The position numbers were made by a program, and so were the translations under genes. 13,829 nt of DNA. It comes from Fibrobacterales bacterium (lineage in GTDB: Bacteria > Fibrobacterota > Fibrobacteria > Fibrobacterales > Fibrobacteraceae). Shown here piece by piece: positions 11,245-13,829 of the stretch. The stretch spans positions 1-13,829 of the forward strand of contig BNUP01000053.1 of assembly GCA_025997455.1 (NCBI GenBank), given 5' to 3'. The notes under the pieces were generated by a model. That model was not told the origin of the DNA. It did not search any database and was given only the letters and a program-made list of their open reading frames with translations. Numbering within the stretch: the first letter of the stretch is position 1; every line of letters begins with the position of its first letter.

Positions 11245-13159
11245 AAATCGCATCGCTTTATGGAGAACCGCACTCCGCCCGCTAATTTCAATATCGCTCG
11301 CCTTTTGGTTGTGCCATATTCTTTTGCGGATGGTTTTGATTTTTAGGAGCGACCCTTACGGACTTCCGTTTGTGAGCAAGCCCGATTGGTTTATTTTTCA
11401 CGCCGTTTGCATAGACTTTTTATGGATAATAAATTTTTTTGCGGCGTTTGCAATAATTTCTCTTTTCCTCTCGCCCCGCATTTCACAATACTTTACCAAA
11501 TTTTATGTAATTATTCAATCTGCACTTTTGTTAATCACGCTTTTAGATAACGAAGTTCAGCGATTTTTGGGAACGCATCTTTCGTTTGGGCTTGCAAACA
11601 CATATAAAGATACATCGTCTTTACGAATGTTTTGGGAGTATTGCGCATCTGATGTTTCTGTTCCATTTTTGCAATTTTTTCTGTTGGTTTTTCTGTTGCC
11701 GCTCGCATATTTATTTTACATTTTGGTTAAAAATTTCAAAGTTAAATCGGCACTAATATCCATAGTTATATTTTACGCAATTTCATTTTTATTTATAAAT
11801 GTAATTTGGACAGGCAATGCGCGAATGGCAAAACTTGCTCCGGTTGTTTCTTTAATCTATAACGAAATTTTTTCAAAGGATAAAAACGAACGGTTGAACG
11901 AAACCGAATTGCTCGCTTACGGAAAATCATATCAAATTTTATGGCTCAAAACGGAGGGAGATTCTCTGTGGGAATTTCCGCAAAAAGAAAAACCGCTTTA
12001 CCGAGTGCCAAGCGAAGAACTGCAAAATTCACAACAACTAAAAAATCGTCGTGCACAAAAACCGAATTTCATAATGATACTTTTGGAATCGCACAGAGCC
12101 TTAAATGTAGATTTTCTAAACTCGACTAAAAATAACTCAACTCCGTTTTTAGATTCTTTGGCGGGTAATTCTCACATCTGGGAACGATTTCACGCAAGCG
12201 GAATCCCCACAACAGGCGGCGTTCTTTCCACTCACATTGGCATTCCGCACCACAGTAAAATTGCCATGGCAACCGAACTCGCACATTTGCCCATACCGAG
12301 TTTTGTATCTGCCTTACGGGATTCAGGTTATGCCACACACTATTTTTCCGCCGCAGACCCCGCTTGGGACAACTTAAATGTTTGGATGGCAAAATGGTAT
12401 AACGATCAACATTACGCACGCACACGCGAAGATGATTCGACTTTTTTCAAACACGCCGCAGAATATATAAACGACACTCTTGCAAGCAATAATATTGGGT
12501 CGCCCTTTTTTATCACACTTATGACTCGCAGCAACCACTACCCTTTTAACCTCGCCCCCGGAATGCCCGAAAGCGAAAAAGCAAAACCAATAACAGAGCG
12601 AATAAACTACACAATGCGTTGGACAGATAAGCAACTTTCAAAGTTTTTTCATTCGATAGAAAATGAGGAATGGTTTGCAAACACATATATAATTATACTT
12701 GCAGACCACGGATTTCCGCTCGGTGAAAACGGAGTTTCCACGATGAACGGCGGTGCATTTTCAAATGTCACTTGGATTCCCTTTTTGATTTACGGAAACG
12801 GTATTGAGGCAAAAAAAGATACCTCAGCGGCAAGTCAAATAGACATTGCTCCGACAATACTTGAACTCGCGGGAATTTCTGTGCCGAATTGTTTTATGGG
12901 GCATAACTTGTTGCGCGGCAACGGCGAAGGTTTATCTTTGGGTGCGTATTTCGGTTTTAGTGCAATAGGATTAGAGGGTTTCAGGCTGATTTCAAAATTT
13001 CCTTACGGCTTACAAAACGAGGAGAGTTATCTGTTTGCAGACGGTGACACTCGGCAGCGTGAGAACTTGGCAAGTGAAAACTTAACAACCGTTCGGCAAC
13101 TCAACGGACTTTTAGATACCTTAATTCGGCTAAGCGACAACGGTTTGGAAAATCCTTAA
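11237..13159 (+). CDS. LtaS/phosphoglycerol- or phosphoethanolamine-transferase-like membrane sulfatase-family protein
   Basis: About 5 N-terminal TM helices, then an alkaline-phosphatase/sulfatase domain (IMILLESHRALNVDF...PFLDSLAGNS...ADHGFPLGENG). The start is chosen at the in-frame ATG 11237, which overlaps the epimerase stop by 8 nt. The track start at 11213 would overlap it by 32 nt. Confidence 0.8.
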   Translation: MLKNRIALWRTALRPLISISLAFWLCHILLRMVLIFRSDPYGLPFVSKPDWFIFHAVCIDFLWIINFFAAFAIISLFLSPRISQYFTKFYVIIQSALLLITLLDNEVQRFLGTHLSFGLANTYKDTSSLRMFWEYCASDVSVPFLQFFLLVFLLPLAYLFYILVKNFKVKSALISIVIFYAISFLFINVIWTGNARMAKLAPVVSLIYNEIFSKDKNERLNETELLAYGKSYQILWLKTEGDSLWEFPQKEKPLYRVPSEELQNSQQLKNRRAQKPNFIMILLESHRALNVDFLNSTKNNSTPFLDSLAGNSHIWERFHASGIPTTGGVLSTHIGIPHHSKIAMATELAHLPIPSFVSALRDSGYATHYFSAADPAWDNLNVWMAKWYNDQHYARTREDDSTFFKHAAEYINDTLASNNIGSPFFITLMTRSNHYPFNLAPGMPESEKAKPITERINYTMRWTDKQLSKFFHSIENEEWFANTYIIILADHGFPLGENGVSTMNGGAFSNVTWIPFLIYGNGIEAKKDTSAASQIDIAPTILELAGISVPNCFMGHNLLRGNGEGLSLGAYFGFSAIGLEGFRLISKFPYGLQNEESYLFADGDTRQRENLASENLTTVRQLNGLLDTLIRLSDNGLENP

Positions 13160-13829
13160 CTGCACACTTTGTTCCTTCCGCGTTCCTTCGCCTCATATAA
13201 TTTTGCATCTGCCATTTTATATAAAACCTCGTTTGATGTCTCGGCAGAGGGAACAATACTCGCCACACCCGCACTAACCGTAATTTGCACTCTTTCGCCG
13301 CTTGCGTTAAAAACTTCGGCAATTTCTATTTTTTTCCTAACTTCTTCCGCTACAACCAGAGCGCCTTCGAGTGCAGTTCCTGGTAACAGCAAACCGAACT
13401 CCTCACCGCCCAAGCGCGATGCAGTATCACTTACCCTATGCACCGAATTCAACAAAACATTTCCGATGGTTTTCAAAACCTCATCACCGACCTGATGACC
13501 GTGTAAATCGTTTATATTCTTAAATTTATCTGCATCAAAAATAATAAACGAAAGGGAATTTTTCTCCCTCATCATCCGCGAAAATTCTCGGGTCATACTA
13601 TCGCCGAATGCTCGCCTGTTGTAGAGGTTCGTGAGGGAATCCGTGAAAGACAACTTCTCGACAATCGCCCTCTGCAATGCCTCATTTCTTATAGTCTTAA
13701 TCAAAATAATGCTAATCACCAAACTTGCAAACACAATAACAAGCGTGGGCGAAACAAAATTTTTGGTAATTATTAAATTTGACATATTCTCAATACTGCT
13801 TTTAGGTATTAACAACACCAATTTCCAAT
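13156..13829 (-). CDS. GGDEF-domain diguanylate cyclase; 5' end uncertain (frame open to window edge; internal ATG candidate at 13785)
   Basis: SLTNLYNRRAFGD...IIFDADKFKNINDLHGHQVGDEVL...RLGGEEFGLLL...YEAKERGRNKV is a canonical GGDEF (GGEEF) domain preceded by one TM helix. The track start is TTG, and the frame has no stop through 13829. Its stop codon shares TTAA with the convergent upstream gene's stop. Confidence 0.8.
   Translation of the reverse strand, partial: WKLVLLIPKSSIENMSNLIITKNFVSPTLVIVFASLVISIILIKTIRNEALQRAIVEKLSFTDSLTNLYNRRAFGDSMTREFSRMMREKNSLSFIIFDADKFKNINDLHGHQVGDEVLKTIGNVLLNSVHRVSDTASRLGGEEFGLLLPGTALEGALVVAEEVRKKIEIAEVFNASGERVQITVSAGVASIVPSAETSNEVLYKMADAKLYEAKERGRNKVCS

Noticed and set aside
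1-13829. A mobile element, prophage or defence island with recognisable genes
   Set aside because: No integrase, transposase, recombinase, phage structural, restriction-modification, toxin-antitoxin or nucleotide-signalling defence genes are recognisable. The repeats are non-autonomous. The SPFH protein alone is not evidence of a defence system.

Overview
This is a bacterial chromosomal window of about 13.8 kb with moderate-to-low GC. It carries no rRNA, tRNA, CRISPR array, transposase or recombinase gene. I can support 14 protein-coding genes:
- a DUF1015-family protein (truncated at the window start)
- a bacteriohemerythrin
- a stand-alone FliN/SpoA-domain protein translationally abutting a LytS/YehU-type sensor histidine kinase
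- an OmpH/Skp-like periplasmic chaperone
- a CarbopepD_reg-like lipoprotein translationally coupled to an 822-aa polytopic membrane protein with an ArnT/PMT-like (GT-C) N-terminus and a C-terminal NPCBM carbohydrate-binding domain
- a Lys-rich mini-ORF
- an erythrin-VIT1 (MbfA-like) membrane ferritin/iron exporter
- a small TM protein
- an SPFH/band-7 protein
- a UDP-glucuronate-4-epimerase-like SDR
- an LtaS/sulfatase-family membrane protein
- a GGDEF diguanylate cyclase that runs off the window end
The gene content is ordinary. The non-coding architecture is the most unusual part.
- Promoter cassette: seven gene starts share a modular 5' region. It consists of a telomere-like (CCCYACA)n heptamer array on the coding strand, a TGCACCGCCGAG-type box, and a TTTCTAC(A/C)TTCCC box. 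The TAC(A/C)TT hexamer in that last box sits 6-7 nt before the ATG, which would make the mRNAs leaderless. In the hemerythrin gene the distance is 27 nt and the inserted leader carries GGAGGA.
- Inverted repeat pair: two copies of a ~400-bp element at ~99% identity in inverted orientation (3478-3939 and 9686-10090) bracket a 5.8-kb two-operon segment. Each copy contains four consecutive stem-loops.
- In-frame palindromic insertions: short palindromic elements with GTTCTTCAG-type arms sit in-frame inside two coding genes. One is an 84-bp insert with a 9-10-bp target-site-like duplication in the epimerase; the other is 36 bp at the domain junction of the GT-C/NPCBM gene. A third copy lies in a convergent intergenic spacer.
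I do not see a recognisable defence or mobile system. The candidate novelty is the repeat and promoter-cassette system and the envelope-glycan gene set (lipoprotein, GT-C/NPCBM, epimerase, LtaS-like).
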